Shown here: piece after piece, positions 1-12,139 of the stretch
How positions within the stretch are numbered: the first letter of the stretch is position 1
How the letters are laid out: every line of letters begins with the position of its first letter
Source: Trichomonas gallinae
Taxonomy: Eukaryota
Reading direction: 5' to 3'
Assembly: GCA_008369845.1 (NCBI GenBank)
Contig: MRSU01001727.1
Location: 1 to 42,040, forward strand
DNA length: 42,040 nucleotides
Made by a program: the position numbers and the translations under genes
Notes under the pieces: model-generated
What the model was told of the DNA's origin: nothing
Databases searched by the model: none
The model's input: only the letters and a program-made list of their open reading frames with translations

Positions 1-80
1 TAAAATCAAAATCAAAATAATAATTACGTATTTTGTTTATATAAAATCAAAATCAAAATAATAATTACGTATTTTGCTTA
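1..80. repeat. 41-bp tandem duplication (2 copies visible, may continue off the window edge)
   Basis: taaaatcaaaatcaaaataataattacgtattttg occurs at 1 and at 42. Confidence 0.9.
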
Positions 81-566
81 ATGAAAATAGTTGTAAACGA
101 ACAAATGTACTTACTAGAGCATAATTCTATGCATACATTTCAAATTTACAGACAATAAAAATTTCGATAAGATCTATTATAGTAAATATATGCTACATTT
201 ATGTATATTGCATGTATTAATTGATGGTAATCAGCATATGCGCTCGTATTTACAATATTATATATTATCTTTTTGAAAGAAGGAATTGAACAAAAATAAC
301 TTTGAAATTCCCGCAGTATTATATATTGAAATAAGCAACACCTAACACAGAAAGATATAATAACTTTTGCAACAGGATTTGCAAAAAACTGAAATTTAGT
401 TCCTTAAAGTGAAGCAAACTTGTTAGTATTATGATTATACTATTATATATGCTTGTAACTGATGATTTGTTTTTGTTAATTTTTGTGTTTTCGAGGATGT
501 TCAGATATTGTTAGCAATTGATTAAAAAGATGTAATATATTAAGTGTGATCCATAGTAATGAATAT

Positions 567-1307
567 TTATTGCTGTGCTGGTGTAGCTGGTGTAACTGAT
601 GTATCTGGATACTTGGAGGAAAGTGTGGCGATGTTGTAGTTCTGGCCAGAGATGATGAGTCTCTGGTGGGCAGCAGCGAAGGAGGCATTGTACCACTGGA
701 AAGCTTCGAAGATTGAAGCATAAGCGGATGGAGCCTTAGCGATGTAAGCATTAGCCTTCTCCATGAATTCCTGGTCGTACTGGTTGAACTCCTTACGCTG
801 TTCTTCAGCTTTTTCTTCATATTCGGCAACTGGCTTGCCCTTTTCCTGGCGGGACTTGATATCCTTCTCTGTGTTGAGGAGGAGAACGTGGAACTTGTTT
901 CTGTTCTCTTCAACCTGGAAGATTGTTTGAAGTTCATTCAATAATGTCTGAACTTGCTCACCGACGTGGATCTGAAGGTATGCATCGAGGTTACCGGCTT
1001 CGGTGCAAAGATTTGTGTTGCACTGAAGGTTCATTGCTGCGGCAGCCTGATTTTCCTCACCTAATGGGAACAAAGCGGAAACCTTTGTAGCGATATCTCT
1101 TGAGGACTCGCCATATCTCTGAGCATGCTTCCTGTAAGTAGCAAGCTCGTTCTTGATTGCTTCAAGACGCTCCTTATGAGATTTGATCGTTGTAAAGGTA
1201 TTTGTGAAAATTTCTGTCTCCTCTGTCTTGGCTGTGCCTGTAGCACGTTCAATTGAGTTGACGCCGAGCTGGATCTGCTGCTTTGTCTTCTGGAAGAATG
1301 CCTTCAT
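567..1307 (-). CDS. BAR-domain-like protein (246 aa)
   Basis: Clean ORF with an N-terminal amphipathic segment (MKAFFQKTKQQIQ) and long helical/coiled-coil heptads of BAR size; stop lies in TAAA. Confidence 0.7.
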   Translation of the reverse strand: MKAFFQKTKQQIQLGVNSIERATGTAKTEETEIFTNTFTTIKSHKERLEAIKNELATYRKHAQRYGESSRDIATKVSALFPLGEENQAAAAMNLQCNTNLCTEAGNLDAYLQIHVGEQVQTLLNELQTIFQVEENRNKFHVLLLNTEKDIKSRQEKGKPVAEYEEKAEEQRKEFNQYDQEFMEKANAYIAKAPSAYASIFEAFQWYNASFAAAHQRLIISGQNYNIATLSSKYPDTSVTPATPAQQ

Positions 1308-2395
1308 TTTTATTGTAATAAAAACTAAATGATCAGTTCACTTTTCGTATATTACTTCGATTTCCGCATCCTTTAGGATATTTAGAGACAAAACCGAACA
1401 AAAGTTTGATAACTTAAGGTATTTGACAAACACGCAAAAATTTTTGTCTCTTTTGGCAAATATTTGAATGTTTTTGACAACATTTTTGACAGATTTTTGA
1501 CAAAAATCTTACATGAAAGATGTCAAAAATTCTCCATATGATTCTTCAACAACTAGGAGTGATGGTGAATTTACCAAGTAAGAATCCATGATAGTATACT
1601 AACTCCATATAAGTTTGGACCAAACTTTGTCATATCAGAATGTTCAAGCTTGTTTTGCATTTGTCAAAAATTCTCGGTTTGACTAACTAAGTAAGCGTGT
1701 ATGATGGTATACTATATGGATTAAAATAGGCATATATTTCTTTAGAAGCATAGTTAAACCCTTTTATTGCACATCAATCATTCCTAACTAAAATAATAAC
1801 AATTTGATTAAAATTAATGTCACAAAGATAGAAAAGCATGTGAACATAATACATTCTGGCTTTATGCTTGTATATAAGATTGGTAATTTTTGACAATAAA
1901 GTAATTTTCTCTGACATATAATGGCAAAATTTTCGGAAAGCTTGTAATCTATCTATATACAGTATTTAATCTCTAAATTCAAAATATTTTTGGATTTTGT
2001 CCCGTATTATTTGTTTTTCAATTTATGGGAAAGGAATTGCTTCTGATCAGCATAGTATGAGTTTTTAGCATACATAGAGGCATTGCTCATTATGTATGAA
2101 TGTTTTTGAATGACTTCGACTGGGTTGAATTTATTTGCTGTTTTTCTTGATGAATGTTTAGATTCAAGTTGCAGAATAAAAGAAATCCTATATGTAACAT
2201 TGTAATGGATATATTTATATGATAAGAAATGATATATTCCCCTGAATAAAATTGGCAATCACGAATTATACATCAGAGTTGAAATTTTTTCACATTTTTG
2301 GCATATACATGACAAAATTGCGTTGTTTTTCAGTTTCTTTCCTTGGAAGGCGGAAACTCCCCTGTTTAAAAATATCAGCCCCTAATCTTCAAACA

Positions 2396-4882
2396 ATGGA
2401 TATTAGAGGTTTACGTAATTTCATCAATGATACATATGAGATGGGAGCGAATGCGCCAGATCGTATAGCTGATGAAATTGCAAAGATTAAAAAAGCTTTT
2501 ATCGCTAAAAAGAAAAAACAATACGAAAAGAAAAAATCTATAGCAAAACTATGTTACATTGTTCTCTACGGTTACGACATTATATTGCTTGGCACAAAAT
2601 ATATCATAGATTTAGTTGAAAGCCCTAGTATTCCAGATAAAAGAATCGGTTGGATCGCTGCAGCGATTTTATGCAATAATTATCCAGATCAAATAGTAGA
2701 ATTTGTACCAATGCTCAAAAAACAACTTTCTGCGTCAAAATCAGAACCAGAAATCGACTTAGCATTGATTTTTATTGCAAATACTGTTTCTTCGAAAATT
2801 GCAGACTCAATTGGACCGTCAATCGTTGATATATCCATTTCTAATAGCATTGATGAGCATACAAAGTCAAGAGCATTAATAGCCTTATATCAAATATATC
2901 AAACCTCACAACAAGTCCCTGGAATTGACAGAGTTTCGCCACGCGTCGTCCAAATGATACAGTCATCTAACCCAAGCATCTCTTTAGCAGCATCTTTACT
3001 TGCATTTAATATTGTTCAGCTTCAACCAGCGACAAGTGATGATATTTTTCAAGCATGCATAACAGTTTTGCATCAGCTTGTTGTTCTTAACAAATGTCCG
3101 CCAAGTTATATCAGATATGGAGTTCCTTGTCCATTTTTATGCGCAAATCTTTTTAGAATTTTGAATTTTTATTTAACATACACTACACAAGATGTGGAGA
3201 GACTAGATCAGATAGCCAACAGCCTTCTCATGATGAATAACGCAAAAAGAGACCCAGACGGAATCAACGCGTTCCTGACAGTTTTCTCTGAGGCATCTAT
3301 AGTTTTAGTTCAAGTTCCTTTGTCGCAGCAAACTATTGAGAACATGATAGTAGTATTAATAAAGCATGCACGACATCGCGCGCATTTCGCAATAGACAGC
3401 TTAGCGTGTCTAGTTGAGAACTCGCCGCATTATGCCGCGAATTTGCAAACATTGATTCCTGAATTATTATCTATAGTAACAAGCAGAGAATTTCCAACAG
3501 ACATCAAAGCATTTACGCTGTTGTATTATATAGTTAACAATGACAACAGCATGACAATCCTTGACACTTTAATTCCATTCGTTTCGCATTCGCCTTTGCA
3601 CATAAGAAGCGAATTATGCAGAAAATTATCGCTTTTGACAACAAGTTTTTCTAAGAATTCTGAATGGCAAGCGCAGACATTGATGAAATTACTAGACTGC
3701 ACGGATAGTGATGACACATGGCAGCATGTAGCTAAAGCCATTTTAGAAGACAAGCCGAATATTTACGACAATGTTCAAAAGCTTATAACAAAAATTGAAG
3801 AAAATCCAGGTGTTTCAAGTAATTACATAAAAGTCGCTAGTTACGTATTCGGACAAACAAAACTCAGAGACCCTAAGCATGTCGTTGACATTTTAATGAA
3901 CAGTTTCGCGACAGCATCGAGTTCAGCCCAAACATCAATCGTTTCAGGTTTATTGAAAATTTCGACAAGAAACAAAGAAGTCAAAGGTGACGTTATTTAC
4001 TTCCTAGAAGACATTGTAAGCTCATCTTCATTCGAAGTCAGTCAGAGGTCAAGGGAATCCCTTGCTGTCTTGAATTATCCAAACCTCAAGTTTAATATGC
4101 TTTACGCACCAGATACTTTCGTTGACACAACAATTACATTCGAGAAAAAGGAAAATTCACATACAAGCGATTATACGCAAAAGTTTTTAACAGATAATGC
4201 AGGTGTTGTTCATTTCGACAGTAAGATGAATGCGTTTGCAACTGTCGATAAAACAGAAACATCGTCAAAGGTTTGCTTATCTTTGAGGATACAAAACACA
4301 GACACAAAAACGATGAGAGTTAACTCAATAAATATCGAATGCGAAAATGCCTTACTTTACAAGAAGACAGTTGAAGCATTCGAAGTTGATCCTGACGGTT
4401 TTCACTCATTCCAGATTTATTTCGTAGCAAATGAACCTTTCGCAAAAGCCCCGATTTTGAATTTAGATTGCAATTCGAAAATCATCAAATTTAAATTACC
4501 AATATTGCCGAGGTTCTTTATCACATCATATTCGCTGACAAGAGACAACTTTACCAGCATGTGGCAGCAGACTATGGGTGATAAACAGGCTACTACGACA
4601 ACATTGACAATTCCTGATGGAGAAATCATCGGAGAAATTATTAAAACCTCCAAAAAGTGGTTTAACATGACGCCATTAGATTGCATAGACATGAAGAATA
4701 TTGTTTTCATGGCTGGCACGTTCCATACATTTACAGGAAATGCGGGAATTTTAATCAGATTCAGTTTCTTAGAGACTGAGATGATGCTGACGATGGACTT
4801 GCACGCCACGTCACCAAAAGCAACTGAAGCAATGCTAGAATTAGCAAAACACGCATTTCCATTATGTGAAGTTAGTACTTAA
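2396..4882 (+). CDS. AP-2 complex alpha adaptin-like protein
   Basis: MDIRGLRNFIND resembles the alpha-adaptin start MRGLxxFISD. Also YEKKKSIAKLCYI, KRIGW and EVSQRSRE trunk motifs and a C-terminal appendage (FTSMWQQ). Start placed at ATG 2396 rather than the track's TTG. Confidence 0.85.
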   Translation: MDIRGLRNFINDTYEMGANAPDRIADEIAKIKKAFIAKKKKQYEKKKSIAKLCYIVLYGYDIILLGTKYIIDLVESPSIPDKRIGWIAAAILCNNYPDQIVEFVPMLKKQLSASKSEPEIDLALIFIANTVSSKIADSIGPSIVDISISNSIDEHTKSRALIALYQIYQTSQQVPGIDRVSPRVVQMIQSSNPSISLAASLLAFNIVQLQPATSDDIFQACITVLHQLVVLNKCPPSYIRYGVPCPFLCANLFRILNFYLTYTTQDVERLDQIANSLLMMNNAKRDPDGINAFLTVFSEASIVLVQVPLSQQTIENMIVVLIKHARHRAHFAIDSLACLVENSPHYAANLQTLIPELLSIVTSREFPTDIKAFTLLYYIVNNDNSMTILDTLIPFVSHSPLHIRSELCRKLSLLTTSFSKNSEWQAQTLMKLLDCTDSDDTWQHVAKAILEDKPNIYDNVQKLITKIEENPGVSSNYIKVASYVFGQTKLRDPKHVVDILMNSFATASSSAQTSIVSGLLKISTRNKEVKGDVIYFLEDIVSSSSFEVSQRSRESLAVLNYPNLKFNMLYAPDTFVDTTITFEKKENSHTSDYTQKFLTDNAGVVHFDSKMNAFATVDKTETSSKVCLSLRIQNTDTKTMRVNSINIECENALLYKKTVEAFEVDPDGFHSFQIYFVANEPFAKAPILNLDCNSKIIKFKLPILPRFFITSYSLTRDNFTSMWQQTMGDKQATTTTLTIPDGEIIGEIIKTSKKWFNMTPLDCIDMKNIVFMAGTFHTFTGNAGILIRFSFLETEMMLTMDLHATSPKATEAMLELAKHAFPLCEVST

Positions 4883-5135
4883 TTAAATTAATTAATTTTT
4901 GTTTGTATTAAAAAATTTTATCGATTTATAATTGAAATTTTTTCCAATATATTAGACAATAAACGTATTATTAAAGTAAGTATGTAATTTGGCAGCAAAG
5001 AAATGTTGATGATATTTTATAACTTTGATCAGTCAAATTAAATTTGACAATCAAATTATATTTTGCTGAAGATCTATAGTACAATTAGTAATTCCATGGT
5101 ATCTAATTTTGGATGAAGTATTTTCACTTTGTTAG

Positions 5136-5300
5136 ATAGCAATAAAAAATAAAGAATATTACAATAAAACAGCATTGATTCATGCTTCAGAAAAATGTCA
5201 ACAAGAAACTATCAAACTCTTTGAAATGATTCTTGATGCAAAAGTCAACAATGAAGCTTTGATTGGAGCTTCAAGAAGTGGTTATTATGGAAAAGCTACC
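5136..5300 (+). pseudogene. Decayed ankyrin-repeat gene fragment
   Basis: One frame reads KNKEYYNKTALIHASEKCQQETIKL...NNEALIGASRSGYY, i.e. two degenerate ankyrin motifs. No ATG, and an upstream in-frame TAG at 5133. Confidence 0.55.
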
Positions 5301-5351
5301 AATATATTTAACAATGACATTTTATTTCTATTAAAACAAAACAATAATAAT

Positions 5352-6836
5352 TTAGAAAATTGGATTTTCAGCTAATGATCTAACAATCGATATTGAATCT
5401 GACTTGATTTCATTTAACAATTTCTCGCAGGCTGCCTTGACTTCTGGTATTTGTCTGGTATTTATCATGTGGTGCAAGATTAAAATTGCGTTTTGACGCT
5501 TTCTGAAACTATTTTCTCTTGCAAGGTCATTAACGAGCTTTGGCATTGGATTTTCTGCTGTTGCTTCGATAGTCTGGGAAATGTAATAAGCTGTAGCTAC
5601 TCTGACTGGGTTTGCTTCATCATTTAATAAATTAATTGCAGATTCATCAATTAACTTGCGAATATCTCTATTTTCGAAAAACTCTCTGAATAAAAGGAAA
5701 TTCCTTGCTGCTTCTTCTCTAATTTTGTATTTTCTGTCGCGAATAAATAATGGTAGTAATTTGATAAACTTAGGAGCAAGTAACTGCGATACAATTGTAA
5801 CTTTTGACATTGCTGCAGCAATGAACAAATGAATTCTGACTGGAGCGCTTTGTATATTTAAAAGTGAATCAACGATCGGAGACCAAACAGATTCTTCAGG
5901 TCTATTAACATCGCTGCATAAAATAGCAACAATTGCATCTGTAAAAGCTATCAAAGATGACTTTTGAGCGTTTTTTGACATACCTTTTGTAATATCATGA
6001 AGTAATTTTGCTGTTTCTTCGAATTTAATTTGAGGATTTGCGACTATTAGCATTGATAATGTCCTGAGAGCCAAAAGACGGACTTCCCATGAAGGATCGA
6101 GAGTAAGATTATATAAAGACGAAAGAATTGAAGTAGCTGGCTGGCATTTGCCAAGATTAGATGCGACTGATGCTCGTACGCGCCAAGATGGGTCGTTTTC
6201 CAACATCGGCAATATTGAATTTATATAAAACGGGAAATTAATCGTTGCTGCTGTCACATAGCTCCTCATTTGGTCATCTAAGTCGTTTAATAATACAGTT
6301 ACAACTGATTTCGCTATTTCGGAATTTTGATTTGATAAACTTTGTAAAACGTTAAGACGAACAATAAAAGATGGGTCGCGTGCTAGATGCAGCAAAACCT
6401 TTTGTACGTCGCCTGGATCAGACAAAATATTGACAACTCTTGGGATAAAAGCTCGAACAGAATCAAAAGTTGATCGAACCATTGCATTCATGAATTGAAA
6501 TGCTGTGGCATCTTCTTTGAACTGTATTATTTGCTCTATGAGTGAATCTCTAACGAATTTCTTTTCTGCTGTTAGACACAACATAATTAAAGGGGAAACG
6601 TAAGCGATACCACCCATTTTAATTGCAAGATATATTATCTGTCTTGTAATCGCTTTCAGAATCTGTTCGTCTCTTATGTCAATCCAGTCTAGAATAAATG
6701 GTAATAATTGATTTCTCACGTTTTCGACTGATAATATATTGCTAAGCTCCGCAATTTTCTTGGCAAATTTCAGCCGCTCTTTCCGGTCATCAGAGACCGA
6801 AAGCGAAATTAGTTTCTGCGGATTTGTTCTGGGCAT
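5352..6836 (-). CDS. HEAT-repeat protein, PP2A scaffold (A) subunit-like
   Basis: VRNQLLPFI and repeated D-x-x-x-x-VR HEAT motifs (DPSFIVR, DPSWRVR, DPSWEVR, DEANPVR); first ATG at 6836. Confidence 0.8.
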   Translation of the reverse strand: MPRTNPQKLISLSVSDDRKERLKFAKKIAELSNILSVENVRNQLLPFILDWIDIRDEQILKAITRQIIYLAIKMGGIAYVSPLIMLCLTAEKKFVRDSLIEQIIQFKEDATAFQFMNAMVRSTFDSVRAFIPRVVNILSDPGDVQKVLLHLARDPSFIVRLNVLQSLSNQNSEIAKSVVTVLLNDLDDQMRSYVTAATINFPFYINSILPMLENDPSWRVRASVASNLGKCQPATSILSSLYNLTLDPSWEVRLLALRTLSMLIVANPQIKFEETAKLLHDITKGMSKNAQKSSLIAFTDAIVAILCSDVNRPEESVWSPIVDSLLNIQSAPVRIHLFIAAAMSKVTIVSQLLAPKFIKLLPLFIRDRKYKIREEAARNFLLFREFFENRDIRKLIDESAINLLNDEANPVRVATAYYISQTIEATAENPMPKLVNDLARENSFRKRQNAILILHHMINTRQIPEVKAACEKLLNEIKSDSISIVRSLAENPIF

Positions 6837-6905
6837 TTTATATAAAATATTGATCAAATGAATTTTGTAACCTTATTTCTCTCAATTTTTATTTATTCAA
6901 CCCTT

Positions 6906-7032
6906 GACACTTTTTATGGAGCCAAGCTCGTCACTTTTTGTTTCAAATATGTCACTTTTAATTCAAAAAAGTCATTTTTTTGTGGATTAAGACCTGTCAC
7001 TTTTAGTTTGTCGTATCAGATTCGTCACTTTT
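6906..7032 (-). promoter_or_regulatory. Cluster of six AAAAGTGAC-like motifs upstream of the HEAT gene
   Basis: gtcactttt at 6930, 6951, 6996 and 7024, with variants at 6906 and 6971; resembles the AAAGTGAC (M2) Trichomonas upstream motif as I recall it. Confidence 0.6.
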
Positions 7033-8521
7033 GTTGATTCAATATACATTCTCGATCTCGCTGTAATATAGCATCCATATTATGTGTATATATTACTGTA
7101 TAAATATGGCGTTTCAATTTTAAGGTTTTTGGTGCAGTGTCTTCACTTGTAGTATTTTTTTGTTGGTGTTAATTCATGCCTAGCATTTGCATATATCATT
7201 ATATTAGTGTATATAGTATAGTGGCAAGGTTTGGAGTAAAAATATTTATATTTGCTGATTGAGACATTTCTTTTTGTTGATTCACATGTAACACTTTTTT
7301 ATTTAGTGATTTTTTTAATCTATTATATCATATACTTTTGGTTTATTGTGATTTCGCAATGAATTATAATTATATTTGATTCGACTAAATAAATTTATAT
7401 AATGAAATTTTTGGATTTTCTATACAACCATGGTATTTTAATGATGCATATATTGGATTTCTTGGATTCCGCACTGAAATAAATATGACTCGGATATCCA
7501 ATTTCCATGATTGGTATTTTGGGAGTTTTCTATGATGTGTGTTTAGAAGATACGACTCATAGTTTATAATCATATAGGAATATAACATACAAGCATGTTC
7601 AATAGCAAAAAAATATGAAATGTTCTAAAATTATGTTTTTAACTTCGACAATGTTTATAGATAAATTCTAAAAGAAATACTGACTGCATGTCTTATATTG
7701 CTGAGAAAACTAGATGTGAATGATTCACATAATTAATGTGATATTGAAAAATAAGGATACTATTGCAGTTTACGTTTAAAATGAATTAAGCATATTAAAT
7801 GAGACCTTATTTTGCTATTTCTGTTGAAGTTCTGTATATCACTAAATAAGGCCGAAATAAGGATTTGAATGTCAATAATATGATTAGAAATATCATATCC
7901 AGTTATATGAGCATATTCATCGATTAAAAATCATAATAAATTGAAAAATGCTCGATCTTCATCAGATGAAAATGATTCAAGAAGAATCAACGGGTTCAAT
8001 GAGTTAATATAATAAAATATATGCAATGAATTATAGATGATTTGATCAAATCGAATTTTTTGTTGATAAAACCAAATTGATCTTTCGCGGGTTATCTATG
8101 TGATTTATGTGATTATGTGATTTCATTGTTAAATCATTAGGGTTTGAGATGAAAAAATATTTCATGAAAAAGAAAATCAAAATTATGCTTATTTGGAAAG
8201 AGTAATTCGATATCGTTTTAGATCATCTACTAAATTCTCAAGCAAACACTGCTCATTACATTTATGAAAAATTCATGAAAATTATGCTGTGCAAAAAGAA
8301 GCAAAACAAGATTAACAAATTACAAATTTCAGCAAATAATTGTATATGCAATACGTTCGAATGCCTGGAAATGAAATTCGAATATAAAATCCCAAATCTC
8401 AAGCATTTCACGATTATTTTATGATTATCATGGAGAAAATATACAAGATGTCATGGATAATACAAACAAAATGAGCAGAAAGTCGACGAATCCCTGGAAA
8501 ACAAAGAAAAAATGATTTAAT

Positions 8522-8580
8522 AAAAGTGACATTAAATCGAAAAGTGACATTGAATCGAAAAGTGTCAACGTAAATCGAAA
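8522..8580 (+). promoter_or_regulatory. 3 x 18-bp tandem repeat, each unit carrying AAAAGTG(A/T)C, directly upstream of the ATG
   Basis: aaaagtgacattaaatcg / aaaagtgacattgaatcg / aaaagtgtcaacgtaaatcg at 8522, 8540 and 8558. Confidence 0.7.
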
Positions 8581-8599
8581 TATAAAAAAATAAAAATTA

Positions 8600-9778
8600 A
8601 TGAATTATTCAACATATCAAGAGACAATCACCAAACTGACTAACGCCAAAGCCTCCCATTCTGAGTTTATCGATACGCTCATCTCGACCGCCATCAAGTT
8701 TTCTCAGCAGGATGAAGAATTCCAGCAAGAGCATCTTCCGGCCTACTCAGAAATGATGAATACGCTTCAAAAGGAGTTGGACATTGAGAAAGAGTTGACA
8801 ATTGCTCTTCCATTATTCATTTCAACTGAAGTGAATTCACCTGTCGCATTTCAATCGCTAAAAAAGTTCTTTCAGACCAGATTCATTCCAGAATTACGAT
8901 CAATTAAGAATAACTACGTGAAATCTTTTGATTCCAATATCACAAACCTACTCAACGCTGAAAGAGATTTATTAGAGAATGAACATAAGCTTAAGAACGC
9001 AGAATCAGATTACCAGAAGCATATAGAAAAATTAGAAAAGCACCATGATGTCAAAAAGTTCGAAGATCAATTCAATACTGAAGCATTTCAATATAAAAAT
9101 TTCAAGCAAGCCGTAGATGAGGCAACAGACGAATACAATCTTTACAAATTCATTTTCGAGAATGTATGTAGCAAGTTTTTGGATACATTCGAAAAACTCG
9201 AAGAAGAAAGATCAATTCAATTGAGAATAATCTTCAGTGAGCTTGTTAACATACTCAATGAAGGAATTGAACATTCTAAAGGACTTTTAACAGAACTGGA
9301 ACGCATATACAATTCACTGGATGGAAAAATAGATTACGATGAAATAATCAAATGCGAAACACTCAGAGGCACAAAATTAGCACAACATCCTGACCCATAT
9401 AAACCAGGAGTATCATTTAATTTCAAAGAATTCCTCAATCCAACTGAAGTTTTTGCACAAGCATTATCTGAAACGTATGCAATATCTAAAATCAATATAC
9501 TCGTTAACCAAGTGAGTTTGGCAGCAGTTGGACAAAGAATTACGCTTCATATCCAAAATGGAGAATATCTTCTTTACAATGCTGATAGATCAATACAAAC
9601 AAGGGTTTTCAAAGAGTCTGTAGATATACTAGGTAAATTCAAAAGATTTATAGCTAAAGCACAAAAAGATGATATCGAAGAAATTGTTTGTGTTATTGAA
9701 ATCGGAGAAATATGCGAATGTTTGAATATGTTATATGAAATTGAAATGATTCCAGCCGAAAATATCCACAAAATTTAG
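8600..9778 (+). CDS. Coiled-coil protein, possibly F-BAR with a degenerate SH3-like C-terminus
   Basis: 392-aa ORF; helical first 250 aa with an F-BAR-like 'FEKLEEERSIQLR' segment; beta-rich tail ending EMIPAENIHKI. Confidence 0.55.
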   Translation: MNYSTYQETITKLTNAKASHSEFIDTLISTAIKFSQQDEEFQQEHLPAYSEMMNTLQKELDIEKELTIALPLFISTEVNSPVAFQSLKKFFQTRFIPELRSIKNNYVKSFDSNITNLLNAERDLLENEHKLKNAESDYQKHIEKLEKHHDVKKFEDQFNTEAFQYKNFKQAVDEATDEYNLYKFIFENVCSKFLDTFEKLEEERSIQLRIIFSELVNILNEGIEHSKGLLTELERIYNSLDGKIDYDEIIKCETLRGTKLAQHPDPYKPGVSFNFKEFLNPTEVFAQALSETYAISKINILVNQVSLAAVGQRITLHIQNGEYLLYNADRSIQTRVFKESVDILGKFKRFIAKAQKDDIEEIVCVIEIGEICECLNMLYEIEMIPAENIHKI

Positions 9779-10396
9779 AATGTTGTTTAATATTTTATTG
9801 TTTAAATAAAAAATTAGTGCCATCTTTGAATATTTTAATATAGTGGTTATGATTTGTTAGATATATGTTATCATAAAACAATACATCATTAATGATATTT
9901 TTAAACAAAATATTAATGGAAAATACTGTATAACTCTGCGAAATAGATTCACTAGCTCAAAATTTACATGAATATAAAGATTTATGTCTATAGTCATATA
10001 TGAATATTAAAAATAGACAATTTTAAATTTTTGCCATGTAAAAACGTCATTGTCAAAATGTTATATCATGATATAGCCATTGTATATCAAGGTATTTTAT
10101 CAGTGCTAAGTACGGATTTACAAGCTATATATGCTCATATCTTTCATATATATCTATTATTGTAAAATGATAATTCATCAAATGAAAATGAAAGGAAAGG
10201 TGAATGAAAATAATAACTAATTTTGCAGTTTATATGTAGTATAACTTATATATTGAGCAATAATAGCAAAAAAGGTCAATAAATTTTGAAAATTAAATTA
10301 AAGGCGAATTTTCCATTTTCAAGATCGGTTTTAGAACATGTCAAATCAGTGGTTCAATAACGATCAGAATTAAGAGAATAATTTATCAAAAAAAAG

Positions 10397-10984
10397 ATGC
10401 TTGCAGATTCCGACAATCAGCCTGAGTCAAAGGTTGTTTTAGTCGGCGATGCTGGAGTCGGTAAAACTGCAATCATTCAATGCTTTGTAAATGGGCGTAT
10501 TGACGAGCTTTATGATGCGACGATTGTTGCAACTACTTTTAAAACCACAGTTCAACTTCGTGATGGCAAGAAAGAGGAAATAACAATATGGGATACCGCC
10601 GGACAGGAAAGATTTCAAAGTTTAATCCCATTATATTTAAGAAACGCTCGTGGGTTGATTCTCGTTGCTGATGTAACAGCAAAAAACAACATACAGACAT
10701 TAAATGCAATTCGTACGTCTCTAACTGATATAAATGCCGGATGTGTTTGCATATTAGCAGCAAATAAAATCGATTTAGTCACAAACAAAATATTCCCTGA
10801 TCTACAGAAATGGTCAAAAGAGCATAATTTCCTTTTCACAACTTGCTCAGCAAAGACTGGATTTGGAATTGAAGATTTGTTCTTAAAAATCGCAAACGAA
10901 ATACATGAAAATACAGTAGATGAAGAGTTTATCAATAATGATATAGTTGTATCAAATGAAAATAGAAGAAGATTTTGTTGCTGA
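10397..10984 (+). CDS. Rab-family small GTPase
   Basis: GDAGVGKT, WDTAGQERF, NKID, SAK and a C-terminal CC prenylation motif. Confidence 0.95.
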   Translation: MLADSDNQPESKVVLVGDAGVGKTAIIQCFVNGRIDELYDATIVATTFKTTVQLRDGKKEEITIWDTAGQERFQSLIPLYLRNARGLILVADVTAKNNIQTLNAIRTSLTDINAGCVCILAANKIDLVTNKIFPDLQKWSKEHNFLFTTCSAKTGFGIEDLFLKIANEIHENTVDEEFINNDIVVSNENRRRFCC

Positions 10985-11590
10985 TCAAACAAGACTGGAG
11001 ATGTTTATTATGTATATTTTATACACATTATAGGTTCACGTGAAATGAATCTTTCATCCTCTGTTCTATTCTTAAGTTTTTTTATTTGTATGAAATTATA
11101 AAAAAGATTTGTTAGTTATTATTAATGCTACTCTCTGATTGATTGAAGCAGCTGCTATTCTAGATTGAATATATGACCTATTCAAAAAAATATTTATATT
11201 TTCAAAATTTGATCAGTAATAACAAACTGTGAATCGCCAAAACAACCATTGTTGTCAATGAATATAATTTTATTATGAAATAGCAAGCTAAATCAAGATA
11301 TTTTAATGTGTTCGAAAATATTATGTCCAAATTAATGGAAAAACGTGGATATAGTCTTATATCCTCATGATAACTTAAACTATTGATTTAATCTTGGCTG
11401 ATTATATAAAACCCATAATCTTGTAATTTACAGGTATTCGCATGGCGTCTGTGAATAAAAATGTTACAGTAACAATGGAAAAATGCTTTTGTCTGATATA
11501 GTTATAGAGCAAATTTGCTCAAAGAGAATATTAAAAAGAAATTAAAAAAAAAGGAGAGAATTATCCTAAAAAACTCATGGTCAATTACAT

Positions 11591-12139
11591 TTACATGAAT
11601 AATGATTCGAAAAACTCGAATTCATTGGCCTGGAAAAGGCCTTGGATAACATTTTCATTGAAAATCTTATCGATAATATTAAGATCCGCATTTCTTGGGG
11701 ATTCCGGCTCACTCAAATTGAGTGGTGACTCAACAGTCTCATGAGCCGGTACTTCAACCGGGGAGCTTGCGCGAGTGAACAGATCGGACTCGGGGTGCTT
11801 TTGTTGGAATCTCATCAGGACGAGGTACCGGTTACGAACGGAGTTTCCGGAGCGGTTTCCGAGTGTCCTTCCGATAGCATTCCAGTGGGGCCCCATTTCA
11901 TTATAACGATCGAGAAGTAAGCGATCATCTTCTTCAGTCCAGTTGTCCTTGATGAGGTTAGGATTGAGGTAGTTCTGCCACCTTTCACGGCACTGTCTTG
12001 AGTTTCTGTGTGAGAATTGTTTTGCAATTGCACTCCAGTCGACTTCCTGCAGTCCATTGACAAGGTTGAAGAGCTTCTGGTCCTCCTCAGGCGTGAACTT
12101 GGACTTGACGATTTTCTGTCCGAATCTGCTGTTTCCCAT
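11591..12139 (-). CDS. R2R3 Myb transcription factor
   Basis: FTPEED..W..RNSRQCRERWQNYL and WTEEDD..W..RSGNSVRNRY repeats. Confidence 0.95.
   Translation of the reverse strand: MGNSRFGQKIVKSKFTPEEDQKLFNLVNGLQEVDWSAIAKQFSHRNSRQCRERWQNYLNPNLIKDNWTEEDDRLLLDRYNEMGPHWNAIGRTLGNRSGNSVRNRYLVLMRFQQKHPESDLFTRASSPVEVPAHETVESPLNLSEPESPRNADLNIIDKIFNENVIQGLFQANEFEFFESLFM

Noticed and set aside
317..350. Intron-like GTATT...CTAACACAG
   Set aside because: No flanking + strand ORF, and an imperfect match to the branch/3' consensus
1582..1722. 16-bp inverted repeat around GTATAC
   Set aside because: Short, AT-rich and partly explained by a degenerate direct repeat of a palindromic core
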